DNA from: a bacterium
Lineage (GTDB): Bacteria > JAHJDO01
Direction of reading: 5' to 3'
DNA length: 64,000 nucleotides
Assembly (NCBI GenBank): GCA_043824255.1
Contig: JBDRTG010000007.1
Location: forward strand, 13,896 to 77,895
Shown: in pieces, positions 46,045 through 55,984 of the stretch
Numbering within the stretch: the stretch's first letter is position 1
Layout: each line of letters starts with the position of its first letter
Notes under the pieces: model-generated
Database searches by the model: none
Told to the model about the DNA's origin: nothing
Seen by the model: the letters and a program-made list of their open reading frames with translations, nothing else
Translations under genes and position numbers: made by a program

Positions 46045-47393
46045 GAATTCTGCTGATTGCTTCTAATACTGCCAGTACTCCATGTCCTATATATCCGTTA
46101 GGGGTGAGCATGATTGCAGCAGCTTTGCGTAACGGCGGACATGAGGTATGTCAGTTTGATTTTCTTCAGAGCAATAAGTCCATGGATGCGCTTTGTGAGA
46201 CAATCAGGAACAATGCTCCAAATATTATCGGTGTATCAATTCGCAATATTGATAATGTGAACTACTTAAGTGAACAGCGCTATATTGATGTTGCGAAGGA
46301 TATTGTACAAACGATTCACGCACAAACCAGCGTGCCAGTAGTGCTTGGCGGCGCAGGATTTTCTATTATGCCGGAAGCAATCCTGCGTGAGGTTGGTGCT
46401 GATTATGGAATTGTTGGAGAAGGAGAGGCACTAATGCTTGAATTTGTTGCAAATGCTGAGAAAGGGGAGTATCCCAAAAAACGTTGTATACGGGCTATAT
46501 CTAAGCTGAGTGGGGAAAAAATCCCCTCTGCATATTATGATCCAAAGATTATGGAGTTTTATCTGAAAAGAGGGAACATTGGATCTGTGCAGACAAAGCG
46601 GGGATGTACACATAAATGCGTGTACTGCTCGTATCCTATTTTGGAAGGCACAAGTATTCGCTGCAGGGATCCGAAGGCAGTGGTTGATGATATTCAGATG
46701 CTGACTGATACGCACAAGGCAAAATATATCTTCTTTACTGATTCGGTTTTTAATGATGACCAAAAACATTATCTGAACGTAGTTCGTGAAATGGCAAAAA
46801 GAGGGGTGTCTATCCCTTGGACTGCGTTTTTCAAACCGGAAAAGCTTGATGATGAAATTATAGCGCTGATGAAACAGACCGGGCTGAAAGCAGCAGAGCT
46901 TGGATCTGATGCGCCGGCTAATACAACACTTCGCAAGCTTGGCAAGTCATTCTTATTTAAGGACATTATTGAGTGTAATGACTCCTTTGTCCGCTCTGGT
47001 ATTGCCACGGCGCATTATTATATGTTTGGTTGTCCGGGGGAGACACGGGAAACAGTGCTTGAGGGAATAGAAAATATCAAAAGTCTGAGAAAGGCAGTAT
47101 CTTTTATCTTTATGGGGATACGGATTCTTCCTGGTACTGGTCTTGAGCACATAGCGCTTAAAGAAGGGCTTCTTTCCAATGGTCAGGATTTACTGAAGTC
47201 TGTTTATTATATTTCTCCAAACATTGATAAACAGTGGCTAAAGGAGACATTAACTAAAGCATTCTCCGGCATTAAACATTGTATTTTCCCTCCTGATGCA
47301 GGGGACACTACTTTACAGTTTCTTCACAAACTTGGATATTCAGGCTCTATGTGGGATATGCTTATTGCCGGGAATAAAAAACTAGATGAGTAA
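46041..47393 (+). CDS. B12-binding radical SAM protein (lipid-biosynthesis type)
   Basis: YPLG, GVSIRNIDN, VVLGGAGFS, GEGE, TKRGCTHKCVYC, FFTDSVFN. Confidence 0.88.
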   Translation: MRILLIASNTASTPCPIYPLGVSMIAAALRNGGHEVCQFDFLQSNKSMDALCETIRNNAPNIIGVSIRNIDNVNYLSEQRYIDVAKDIVQTIHAQTSVPVVLGGAGFSIMPEAILREVGADYGIVGEGEALMLEFVANAEKGEYPKKRCIRAISKLSGEKIPSAYYDPKIMEFYLKRGNIGSVQTKRGCTHKCVYCSYPILEGTSIRCRDPKAVVDDIQMLTDTHKAKYIFFTDSVFNDDQKHYLNVVREMAKRGVSIPWTAFFKPEKLDDEIIALMKQTGLKAAELGSDAPANTTLRKLGKSFLFKDIIECNDSFVRSGIATAHYYMFGCPGETRETVLEGIENIKSLRKAVSFIFMGIRILPGTGLEHIALKEGLLSNGQDLLKSVYYISPNIDKQWLKETLTKAFSGIKHCIFPPDAGDTTLQFLHKLGYSGSMWDMLIAGNKKLDE

Positions 47394-48555
47394 TAATTCT
47401 TTCTCTACAGATCATATCTGGTGTGTCATCCCTGTATTTAATAACAAGGATACTGTGAAAAATGTTGCTTTATCCTGCAGAGCTTATTTGCAGCATATAC
47501 TTGTTGTTGATGACGGCAGTACTGATATTAATGTATCTGCTTTATTTGTTGACACTGATATTATTGTGCTCAGGCACGAGAAAAATCTTGGAAAAGGCAA
47601 GGCAATTCTTACTGCCCTAAAGTATATTAAAGCTCAAGGCGGGCGCTTTATGATTACAATTGATGCAGACGGACAGCACTATCCGCAGGATTTGGAGAAG
47701 TTCATTCCTTTGCTCCAGAAAGATGAAACAAGTATTGTTATTGGGTGCAGAAAACTTCATGGGAAACATGTTCCCCGTAAGAGTCATTTTGGAAGAAAGA
47801 TTGCTAATTTCTGGCTGCGTGTAGAAACAGGTGTTTCAATTGATGATTGCCAGAGCGGGTTTCGCGCATATCCAGTGCAGTACCTTTTACAAATGAAGTT
47901 AACAGGCTCTCATTATGATTTTGAAACCGAAGTTCTGGCAAGGGCAGTCTGGGCTGGCTTGCGTCTAAAGACAATTGAGATTGATGCATGGTATCCTGAA
48001 CCTCAATTTCGCATCTCCAGCTTTAAGCCACTTGTGGACAATATGCGTATTTCCTGTATGCATACCAGATTAGTAGGCAGGTGCCTTTTACCGCTTCCGC
48101 ACCGGAAACTGGTTCATGAAGCTGCGAAAAAAATAGACCTGAGCATACTGCGTCATCCTGTTAAATTACTGAAGATGCTGCTAAAAGAGAATGCAAATCC
48201 AGTTGGGTTAGCTATAGCAGCAGGTGTGGGAATCTTTCTTGCTGTATTGCCGCTTATCTCAATTCATACATTGGCAATTATTTATGTGACAGCGCGCTTG
48301 CATTTAAATAAAGTGATGGCTGTAACCATACAGCATTTATGCATACCGCCTCTTGTTCCGGCAGTCTGCATTGAACTGGGGTATTATATGCGGCATGGTC
48401 ACTGGTTAACAGAGGTTTCCATGGATGTTATTTTTAAGCAATTCCCCGACAGATTGTTTGAATGGCTGCTCGGCTCACTTATAGTTGCGCCTGTATTGGC
48501 AATCATTATAGGAACAAGTGTATTTTTTACAGCAAAGGCATTACAGAAAAACTGA
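47386..48555 (+). CDS. GT2 glycosyltransferase fused to a DUF2062-like membrane domain
   Basis: IPVFN, VVDDGS, NLGKG, DADGQH, DCQSGFR; C-terminal TMs. Confidence 0.88.
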   Translation: MSNNSFSTDHIWCVIPVFNNKDTVKNVALSCRAYLQHILVVDDGSTDINVSALFVDTDIIVLRHEKNLGKGKAILTALKYIKAQGGRFMITIDADGQHYPQDLEKFIPLLQKDETSIVIGCRKLHGKHVPRKSHFGRKIANFWLRVETGVSIDDCQSGFRAYPVQYLLQMKLTGSHYDFETEVLARAVWAGLRLKTIEIDAWYPEPQFRISSFKPLVDNMRISCMHTRLVGRCLLPLPHRKLVHEAAKKIDLSILRHPVKLLKMLLKENANPVGLAIAAGVGIFLAVLPLISIHTLAIIYVTARLHLNKVMAVTIQHLCIPPLVPAVCIELGYYMRHGHWLTEVSMDVIFKQFPDRLFEWLLGSLIVAPVLAIIIGTSVFFTAKALQKN

Positions 48556-50127
48556 ACCATTTATGACGTCTTTCAGTTCATCGTAAGCCGCTATTTTCAT
48601 GTCTTTCATGACAATGAGACTGGCATTCGCACCGGCCTTTACAGCCATTGGAACGCCCCCGCCATATTCCGCACAATGACCTCCCAACAATAAATTCTTC
48701 ACAGGCGTTTTGTAATGTGCTACACCGGCTCTGATATTTCTTCCAGTTGGTTTAACCCCTGAAATGCTTCCCTTGGTGTTGCCCGTATATCGCCAATATG
48801 TTACAGGTGTTGCAATCTCCATCACCTCTATGTGCTCCCTCAGCCCGGGAGCGAAAGTTTTCTCAATCCGGTCCAGCAGGATGTCGGCAAACTTTCTTTT
48901 CAATGCTTTGTAGGTTTCGCCTCTTGCCAGACCCTCGCCGGTTCTCCAATTGTCTTCGTAATCGAGATATGCCGGACAATGTATCATAACGGTTCCCTTA
49001 CCTTCCGGTGCCAGAGAAGGATCACGAACTGAAGGCGCGATGACGATCATGATCGTGCGATGTGGATCACCACTCATGTGATCTTCACGTGATACATCGC
49101 TCCTGGTGAGATTCAATACTTCTTCTCCGAACCCCAAAGAAGAAGCATCGCAATCCAGTCCCAGAAATATGGTGAAGCTGGAATGATAAATATCGGCATT
49201 ATGCAGTGCTTTTCGCATCCGTGCCGGAATGCAGCCCTCCAGCAGCATCTTTTCATAAAGCATCTGTACGTCGCAGGCTGCAATCACGTATCGAGCGCTC
49301 AGGGAACTTCCGTCTGCCAGTAATACACCGGTCGCTTCTTTTCTGTCGTTCAACAGCACTCTTTCCACGTGCTGGTTCAGCAATACTTTCGACCCGGCAG
49401 ACCTGATTCTGTCACACAACCATAAAGCCAGTGTGCGACTTCCTCCTTTGGGACAAGTTTGAAAATTTCCGGCGAATGCCCAAGCGATAGGCACAATAAC
49501 GGACATAAAGGATTCTTGACTGCAGAATATCTTTTGAGCACCCTCCGTACTGAAATAGCGGCGCAGCCCTTTCTCGACAGGGCTCCTCACGTGTTTGAAG
49601 ACAGGAATTGCCCAAAACAGCATTTGCAAGCTGCGAATAGCTCTTTCAAAGAATGGCATGGTCTCTTTCGCCATTGTCCTGCTGTTCAGAACATTCAGCC
49701 GCCGACCCAGTCTTTCCCCATCCTTGAAAAAAGATCTGATACCGCTCTCATCATCAGGAAAGTCCTTGATAAGACAATCCTGTAACTCGATAGGATTGGA
49801 ACTCAGCAAATAGTCGAACGAATCGCTTTTATATCTGTGTATGCGAGTCAACGGCGCGCAGGTTGGAAACTCGCCACCCAGATAACGCCAGATGTTGTAG
49901 ACGAATCCGCTGGGACCGCATTGATTGAGCCATTGGATGGAAGTGTCGAACTGAAAGCCCTGCCGCTGAAAACCTGCCAGGTATCCCCCTGGCTGCGGCT
50001 GAGTTTCAAGAACTACTGTTTGAAGACCCGCCCTTGAGAGAAGCCCTGCTGCGGTGAGTCCACCTGCCCCTGCCCCGATGACTACAACATCACACCTGTC
50101 AGGGACTTGATTATTCGCCTGTATCAT
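48541..50127 (-). CDS. Phytoene desaturase / retinol-saturase-like FAD oxidoreductase
   Basis: GAGAGG, PGGY...FDT, ATPVTYWRYTGN..G, GGGVP; opposite strand to the cluster. Confidence 0.88.
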   Translation of the reverse strand: MIQANNQVPDRCDVVVIGAGAGGLTAAGLLSRAGLQTVVLETQPQPGGYLAGFQRQGFQFDTSIQWLNQCGPSGFVYNIWRYLGGEFPTCAPLTRIHRYKSDSFDYLLSSNPIELQDCLIKDFPDDESGIRSFFKDGERLGRRLNVLNSRTMAKETMPFFERAIRSLQMLFWAIPVFKHVRSPVEKGLRRYFSTEGAQKIFCSQESFMSVIVPIAWAFAGNFQTCPKGGSRTLALWLCDRIRSAGSKVLLNQHVERVLLNDRKEATGVLLADGSSLSARYVIAACDVQMLYEKMLLEGCIPARMRKALHNADIYHSSFTIFLGLDCDASSLGFGEEVLNLTRSDVSREDHMSGDPHRTIMIVIAPSVRDPSLAPEGKGTVMIHCPAYLDYEDNWRTGEGLARGETYKALKRKFADILLDRIEKTFAPGLREHIEVMEIATPVTYWRYTGNTKGSISGVKPTGRNIRAGVAHYKTPVKNLLLGGHCAEYGGGVPMAVKAGANASLIVMKDMKIAAYDELKDVINGSVFL

Positions 50128-50220
50128 CTTCTGCTTTTATAATAAAATTAGATATTACTCTAAAGAAAAGCTTCAACAATATCAAGTTAAAATAAGCGAA
50201 CTACTTTGTTTATTTCCTAT

Positions 50221-50258
50221 TTGAACCAACCTGGTTCTTTTGAACCAACTTGGTTCTT
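50221..50258. promoter_or_regulatory. Tandem pair of palindromic operator-like sites in a divergent intergenic region
   Basis: TTGAACCAACCTGGTTCTT then TTGAACCAACTTGGTTCTT; each is GAACCA-N3-TGGTTC; ends 6 nt before TTGAAA-17-TAAGAT. Confidence 0.65.
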
Positions 50259-50299
50259 ATGCAATTGAAAAGAGAAAAATAATCTGTTAAGATTTCTAT

Positions 50300-51238
50300 G
50301 TGAAAAAAGCTGAAGCATCTCGAAAAATTGAAGCAAAGAGAAGAGGGAATGCCCTTGGATTCTGGTTTTTTAGGATTTCTCTGCGCTTTTTTGGGTTAAG
50401 AGGAGCGTATGGATTATTATATATTGTCTGTATCTACTATGTGCTGTTTGATCGAGCAGCTGTTTGTGGAGCTTTGGCGTATATTAACAGAAGGTTTCCA
50501 TCACATGGTTTTGTAAAAAGGCTGAGACACGCATATAGATTGTTTGTAAGTCAGGGAAGACAGCTTATTGACCGCTATGCTATTGTTTCAGGACAGGAAA
50601 TATTTGATATCCAGTTACGCGGATATGAACAATTGATGTCCCTGATTCAGAATTCTCCTCATGGAATAATTTTGCTAACTGCTCATGTGGGTAACTGGCA
50701 GGTCGCTATGACAGCATTAAAAAAACTGGGGAAAACAGTGTATCTGGTTATGCGTCCGGAAGATAACCCTGCGGTGCAAAGTTCACTGCGTATCAGCAGG
50801 GAACAGGACTATATCAAGATTATTTCTCCTGAACAAGAACTCGGTGGAATTGTTGAAATCATGAATAGATTAAAAGAAAAACATATTGTGTCCATTATGG
50901 GCGACCGTAGATATGGGTTTAAAGCTGTAGAAGTTTCGTTTCTTGGAGAGAAAGCCTGGTTTCCATACGGCGGCTTTACAATTGCGGCAGCGACAAGATG
51001 TCCGGTAGTTATTCTGTTGTCAGAGAAAGTCTCTACTTATAAGTACATTGTTGATGTATCTAATGTGTTGTATCCGTGCTATGAGAATGGGACGAATAAA
51101 TATCAGCAGCTCCAGCAATGGGTTCAGGAATTTGCTGCGTTGCTTGAAGAATATACACACAAACACCCTTACCAGTATTTTTTGTTTTCTAATGTGTGGG
51201 AAGAAGAAACAGAAAGCACAGGTAAAATGAAGACATGA
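50300..51238 (+). CDS. LpxL-family (lipid A lauroyltransferase-like) acyltransferase
   Basis: LLTAHVGNW, IMGDR, FLGEKAWFP.G, HPYQYF. Confidence 0.85.
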   Translation: MKKAEASRKIEAKRRGNALGFWFFRISLRFFGLRGAYGLLYIVCIYYVLFDRAAVCGALAYINRRFPSHGFVKRLRHAYRLFVSQGRQLIDRYAIVSGQEIFDIQLRGYEQLMSLIQNSPHGIILLTAHVGNWQVAMTALKKLGKTVYLVMRPEDNPAVQSSLRISREQDYIKIISPEQELGGIVEIMNRLKEKHIVSIMGDRRYGFKAVEVSFLGEKAWFPYGGFTIAAATRCPVVILLSEKVSTYKYIVDVSNVLYPCYENGTNKYQQLQQWVQEFAALLEEYTHKHPYQYFLFSNVWEEETESTGKMKT

Positions 51239-51801
51239 AATTAATCTGTTTAATACTGCTGTTCACAGTTGTTGCAATTAACGTTGCCTTTGCCGATGCG
51301 GATCAGACCGATGAGCCATGGATGTTGATGACCGGCTACAGCACCACGCATCCGGGACTCGGCAAAACTCGTGAACATGTTGAGACAGTGGATGTAATTC
51401 TGCGATATAGGCGAAAACTCAAAGATACTGGACGTGACTGGTACCGCGGGAGTCATAACTTCCTGATAGAACTACCTGTGTCTTATCTTATTAATTCTGA
51501 TGACGGCCAGATTTTTGGCTTGAACTTTCTTTCATCCTGGACGCTGAAGACATCGCAAAGATACATGCCATATTTCTTTGTGGGCGGCGGTCCTGTCTAT
51601 ACGGAAGCGAACATACCCGGCATGGGCGCCAATATCTGCGGGAACTATCAAGCGGGACTAGGGCTTAGTTACAAGACAAGAAAGGGCCGTTCATTTGTAT
51701 TAGAATATAGATTTCATCACATATCCAACGCTGGCATGAAACAACCAAACATACCACTTAATTCAAGCAGAGTCATTATCGGAATCAGTTTCCTATTCTA
51801 A
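51235..51801 (+). CDS. PagL-family outer-membrane acyloxyacyl hydrolase / lipid A 3-O-deacylase-like
   Basis: Signal peptide, beta-strand pattern, YRFHHISNAG...N, terminal Phe. Confidence 0.85.
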   Translation: MKLICLILLFTVVAINVAFADADQTDEPWMLMTGYSTTHPGLGKTREHVETVDVILRYRRKLKDTGRDWYRGSHNFLIELPVSYLINSDDGQIFGLNFLSSWTLKTSQRYMPYFFVGGGPVYTEANIPGMGANICGNYQAGLGLSYKTRKGRSFVLEYRFHHISNAGMKQPNIPLNSSRVIIGISFLF

Positions 51802-51912
51802 TGGTTGCCGAAAATCCACTCTTATATCGTGTTGGAATTGTTCCTTGAAAAAAGGATAAGAAGAAGATATGATATTGCTTATTGAATACTGCTTAATATA
51901 GGAGAAGATTAA

Positions 51913-52194
51913 ATGGCAGAGCAGAAACAAAAAAAAATGGAAGAAATACGAAACAAGTTGAAGGAACTGCTTGTAAGCAGCCTATCATTGGAGAATATAA
52001 AACCTGAAGATATTAAAGATGATGAGGTCCTGTTTGGCGAAGGACTTGGACTGGATTCTTTGGATGCAGTAGAAATTGTTGTGCTATTGCAGCGAAACTT
52101 TGGTTTGGAAATCAAAGATATGGATCAGGGCAGAAAAATATTTTATTCAATCGACACTCTGGCACAATATATATACGAGAATACAAAAAACTAA
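51913..52194 (+). CDS. Acyl carrier protein (ACP2)
   Basis: LFGEGLGLDSLDAVE; own promoter TTGAAA(51845)-17-TATGAT. Confidence 0.93.
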   Translation: MAEQKQKKMEEIRNKLKELLVSSLSLENIKPEDIKDDEVLFGEGLGLDSLDAVEIVVLLQRNFGLEIKDMDQGRKIFYSIDTLAQYIYENTKN

Positions 52195-52232
52195 TTTCCA
52201 ATTTCTAATTTCTAAAATACAAATGCTCAAAA

Positions 52233-52256
52233 AACAAGGGGTTTAAACCCCTTGTT
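52233..52256. repeat. Perfect 24-bp palindrome
   Basis: AACAAGGGGTTTAAACCCCTTGTT equals its own reverse complement. Confidence 0.85.
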
Positions 52257-52277
52257 CAAGAGTTCCAACGGAGTTTC

Positions 52278-53432
52278 ATGGGAAAAATAAACGTAGTAAT
52301 AACAGGCATGGGTGCGATTTCTGCTGCAGGTGCAAATCTCACAGAAACACTGGATACATTTCAGTGCGGACAGGTAAATAAAGATCCAGTCTTTGAAGTC
52401 AAATCTATTCCTAAAAAATGGCAGAAACACAAAATGCGCACTTTAAGCCTCGCTTTCTGCGCAGTAGAAGAAGCCTTAAATGATGCAGAACTAAAAAAAG
52501 ACATTGAAGATTTTCGTGTAGGAGTATGTCTTGGAACTACTGTGGCAAGCCAGTTAAATGATGTTGAATTCTATCGTTCATACCGGAGTACGGGAAAAGC
52601 CCCGATGGATTCTGTTGAGCGGTTTTTAAAAGGAAACCTTGCCCAAGCTGTTGCAAATACTATAAGAGCAAAAGGTCCATGCGTTACTGTGGTTAATGCA
52701 TGTTCTTCAGGAGCTGATGCAATTGGAGTGGCATTATCATGGTTAAGGAATGGAGAGTGTGATATTGTTATTGCCGGCGGTGCGGACGAATTGAATCGTA
52801 TTCCTATATGCGGTTTTGGAACACTTGGTGTTGTTAGTGAATCATTATGCGCTCCATTTGACAGAGACCGTAAAGGATTAAACTTAGGTGAAGGAGCTGG
52901 AATTCTTGTGCTTGAGAGAGAAGCATGTGCTTGTAAAAGAGGCAGTGCCTCGGGCAATGCCCCCAGATTGTATCTTGCTGGATACGGCGCTTCAGCAGAC
53001 GCATATCATCTTACTGCTCCCAGGCCTGATGGCACAGGATTGGAAGCAGCGATTCATAGAGCGCTTTCTGAATCGCACATTAGTTCTAAAGACGTCTGTT
53101 TTGTTAATGCTCACGGCACTGCAACCCGGGATAATGATAAAGTTGAGGGTATGGTTCTAGCAAGGGTTTTTGGCAAGGATATTAAGGTTCTTTCTACAAA
53201 GGGATTTACTGGGCATACACTTGGCGGTGCAGGAGGTTTAGAAGCTGTTTTTACAGGTGCTGCGCTTCTGGAAGGATGGATACCTGCAAGTGCTGGTTTT
53301 GTGCATCAGGATGAGGAAATACCTATGAAACCAGTTGCAGAGAAAACACATATACAAGGATCTTTTGCCGTTTCTACGTCCCTTGCCTTTGGTGGCAACA
53401 ATGCTGCGGTTGTTATTGGGAGAGGAGCATGA
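52278..53432 (+). CDS. Beta-ketoacyl synthase (KS3, Cys-His-His intact)
   Basis: VNACSSG, NAHGTAT, GHTLGGAG, AFGG. Confidence 0.92.
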   Translation: MGKINVVITGMGAISAAGANLTETLDTFQCGQVNKDPVFEVKSIPKKWQKHKMRTLSLAFCAVEEALNDAELKKDIEDFRVGVCLGTTVASQLNDVEFYRSYRSTGKAPMDSVERFLKGNLAQAVANTIRAKGPCVTVVNACSSGADAIGVALSWLRNGECDIVIAGGADELNRIPICGFGTLGVVSESLCAPFDRDRKGLNLGEGAGILVLEREACACKRGSASGNAPRLYLAGYGASADAYHLTAPRPDGTGLEAAIHRALSESHISSKDVCFVNAHGTATRDNDKVEGMVLARVFGKDIKVLSTKGFTGHTLGGAGGLEAVFTGAALLEGWIPASAGFVHQDEEIPMKPVAEKTHIQGSFAVSTSLAFGGNNAAVVIGRGA

Positions 53433-54469
53433 ATGTTAGTGGGATAGGCATTGTTTTTAGCGGAGGGCGAGGAATTAACTGCTATGATGATGCATTGAAG
53501 CATGGATGGACAAAGCCTGAAGATTCTGGTTATCATGTGAAGAAAGAATCAATAATAGACAAAAGAGTTTTAGGCGGAATACGTCGTGCGGATAGATTCA
53601 GTAAAATGGCAGTATTAGCAGCCAGTGACGCTGTAGCGGATAGTGGTATTAATTTTAATAAAAAGAAATCTTCTATTGGTATTATTGTTTCAACGGCTTT
53701 TGGACCGCATGTAACAACATTCCGTTTTCTGGATGATATACTTGAATATGGTGATAGGAATGCTTCTCCAACTATATTTTCCCACTCTGTTCATAATGCA
53801 GCAGCGTCTTATATTTCATCTGTATTAGGAAGCCGAGGTCCAACTATCACGCTTACTCAGTTTTCATTCTCTTTTCATCAGGCTCTTATCCTTGCGCAAG
53901 CATGGCTTTATGAAGAACGATGTGAATATGTTCTTGTTGGAAGCGTTGATGAATGCGGAACAGTTATGGAATACATCTGCAGCCAAAAGCTGCGGATTGC
54001 AGAAGACGGCAGAATTAAACCATTTAACTTCTCAAAAATGCCTGTAGCAGTACCAGGGGAGGGAAGTGTGTTTTTTTTGATTACACTGGAGAAATCTCAT
54101 AAGAAATATTGTGAAATAACAGCTGTCTCTTTAAATGATAAAGGTGCTGAAAGAGATAGACCTGATATGTTCATTCTTGATGCCGACGGTATGGCAGGAG
54201 AGGAAACAGAATATCAAAAGGCTGCAGAATTAGGTGTTTGTATCTCAGGGTATTCGCCAATATTCGGCAGCATGATGACAGGAACCAGTTTTAATTGTGT
54301 GGCTGGGGCGCTCATGCTAAAAAATCAGATGCGTTATGCCTGTCCAGTTCAGGATAATCCATATAAGTTAAATCTATGCACAAAGACTGAACCTGCACAA
54401 ATACAGGGAATTAGTTGTATCAGGTATAACTGTGGGCATGAGAAAGCAGTGATCAGATTGAAACAATGA
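53429..54469 (+). CDS. Chain-length-factor-like KS partner
   Basis: RRADRFSKMA, SPTIFSHSVHNAAA, GEG; catalytic Cys motif absent. Confidence 0.8.
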   Translation: MNVSGIGIVFSGGRGINCYDDALKHGWTKPEDSGYHVKKESIIDKRVLGGIRRADRFSKMAVLAASDAVADSGINFNKKKSSIGIIVSTAFGPHVTTFRFLDDILEYGDRNASPTIFSHSVHNAAASYISSVLGSRGPTITLTQFSFSFHQALILAQAWLYEERCEYVLVGSVDECGTVMEYICSQKLRIAEDGRIKPFNFSKMPVAVPGEGSVFFLITLEKSHKKYCEITAVSLNDKGAERDRPDMFILDADGMAGEETEYQKAAELGVCISGYSPIFGSMMTGTSFNCVAGALMLKNQMRYACPVQDNPYKLNLCTKTEPAQIQGISCIRYNCGHEKAVIRLKQ

Positions 54470-54711
54470 TAGGATTAAAACATATCGAGGAAACACTGAT
54501 TCAAGAGGTTGCTACAATCTTAGGTGTGGACTCTTCAACAATTTCTTCTAATGCGCCTCTTCATACACTGGGAATTGATTCATTTAGTTTTGTGGAGCTT
54601 CTGGTGTTTATTGAAAAAACATTTAATCTGAAGTTAATGGAATCAGGCTTAACGCGGGAAAACTCTCAAACCATCCACTTACTGGCATCGTATATCAGCA
54701 GAATGGGTTAG
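54466..54711 (+). CDS. Acyl carrier protein (ACP3)
   Basis: LGIDSFSFVELL. Confidence 0.88.
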   Translation: MIGLKHIEETLIQEVATILGVDSSTISSNAPLHTLGIDSFSFVELLVFIEKTFNLKLMESGLTRENSQTIHLLASYISRMG

Positions 54712-54712
54712 T

Positions 54713-55984
54713 ATGAAACGCTATTTAACTGGTATTGACTGGATCATTCATACAATTGACTATATGATTAGAAGAAAAACCGCTGCTGGGAATACATTTC
54801 AGATTGTCCTGCAACTAGAAGGCAGGCCTGATGAGACAACACTTCGGCAAGCTCTGAACAAATTCATTAAAAAATTTCCGGTTTTGAATGGCAGACCAAT
54901 GCGGGATTACAATCTTGCTCCATACTGGAAGATTTATTCCAAGAATAAAATGCTCTCTCCAAACATCAGGACTTACTGCCTTGATGATAATGCAACATTT
55001 AGCAAAGTGCTCTTTACACTTGAGCAAGGAATAAACACGCCATTCAACCGTGTCAGGGAACATCTTGCATTTCATCTTATCTATGCAGGTAAAACAAGTT
55101 TTCTAGGTGTAGTGTTTGACCATTGTTTGTTTGACGTCAGAGGAGCTGAAGCATTCCTAAATATGGATTATTCCCGGAGGATTTCTCTTGCAGAACCAGC
55201 TCATCTATGTAAGTGGAAGGAGAAATTTGAAGCAGGTAAACGAGTGAATAGAAAACTGGTGCAATTATCAGAAAATAAATCTCTATTTTTGCCTTTGCAT
55301 TCAGCGTCTGACCAGAAATTCAGATTTAAGATAATCACGCTTGATGAGCGTCAGACATCTGCAATTATCGAAACTGCGTATAATAAGGCAGGTTATTTAA
55401 TGCTTATGCCGTATGCATTAGCAATTTCCATGGAGGCTTTGCACAGCATTTTTCTCAAAAGGGGTCTACACACAGGTGATTATATAATTCCTGTGTCTAT
55501 TGACACGCGTCCAGTAGAAAAGGTACATCAAGAGGTTTTCTTTAATCATATGTCCTTTTTTCTACTTCGAGTGAAAGCAAATGAGGCTGATAGTTTTTCT
55601 GTTCTTTTGCAATCGATTAAGCAGCAGATCTATGATCAAATAAAGGCAGACTTGCCTGCGGATATTGAGAAAGCAAGTCTTTTGATGCGAATTGCTCCTT
55701 TGCCTGTTTTAGGCTATCTGATGCGGCTGCCATTGAAAGGACAAATCGCTTCTTTTTGTTTTTCCTATATTGGCGAAGCTGCGTATGCTTCTCCTGTATT
55801 TATGGGAAAAAAGATCCATAATATTTTTCATATGCCCAGAGTTCCAATTCCCCCGGGACTTGGAATATTCTTCAACCAGTTTCAAGGCAAGCTGAATGTG
55901 GTCATTTCCTATTTAGATGGGATGTTGAAAAAGGATGAGATAAATTCAATTGTACACGCTTTACAATCCAGACTCGGAGTATGA
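54713..55984 (+). CDS. Stand-alone condensation-domain-like / CoA-dependent acyltransferase
   Basis: FPVLNG in the N-lobe, HxxxD motif DHCLFD.RG, PVSIDTR...FFN. Confidence 0.65.
   Translation: MKRYLTGIDWIIHTIDYMIRRKTAAGNTFQIVLQLEGRPDETTLRQALNKFIKKFPVLNGRPMRDYNLAPYWKIYSKNKMLSPNIRTYCLDDNATFSKVLFTLEQGINTPFNRVREHLAFHLIYAGKTSFLGVVFDHCLFDVRGAEAFLNMDYSRRISLAEPAHLCKWKEKFEAGKRVNRKLVQLSENKSLFLPLHSASDQKFRFKIITLDERQTSAIIETAYNKAGYLMLMPYALAISMEALHSIFLKRGLHTGDYIIPVSIDTRPVEKVHQEVFFNHMSFFLLRVKANEADSFSVLLQSIKQQIYDQIKADLPADIEKASLLMRIAPLPVLGYLMRLPLKGQIASFCFSYIGEAAYASPVFMGKKIHNIFHMPRVPIPPGLGIFFNQFQGKLNVVISYLDGMLKKDEINSIVHALQSRLGV

Noticed and set aside
50221..50258. CRISPR repeat or LexA box
   Set aside because: Only two abutting units with no spacer and no cas genes; GAAC-N7-GTTC spacing does not match the GAAC-N4-GTTC box.
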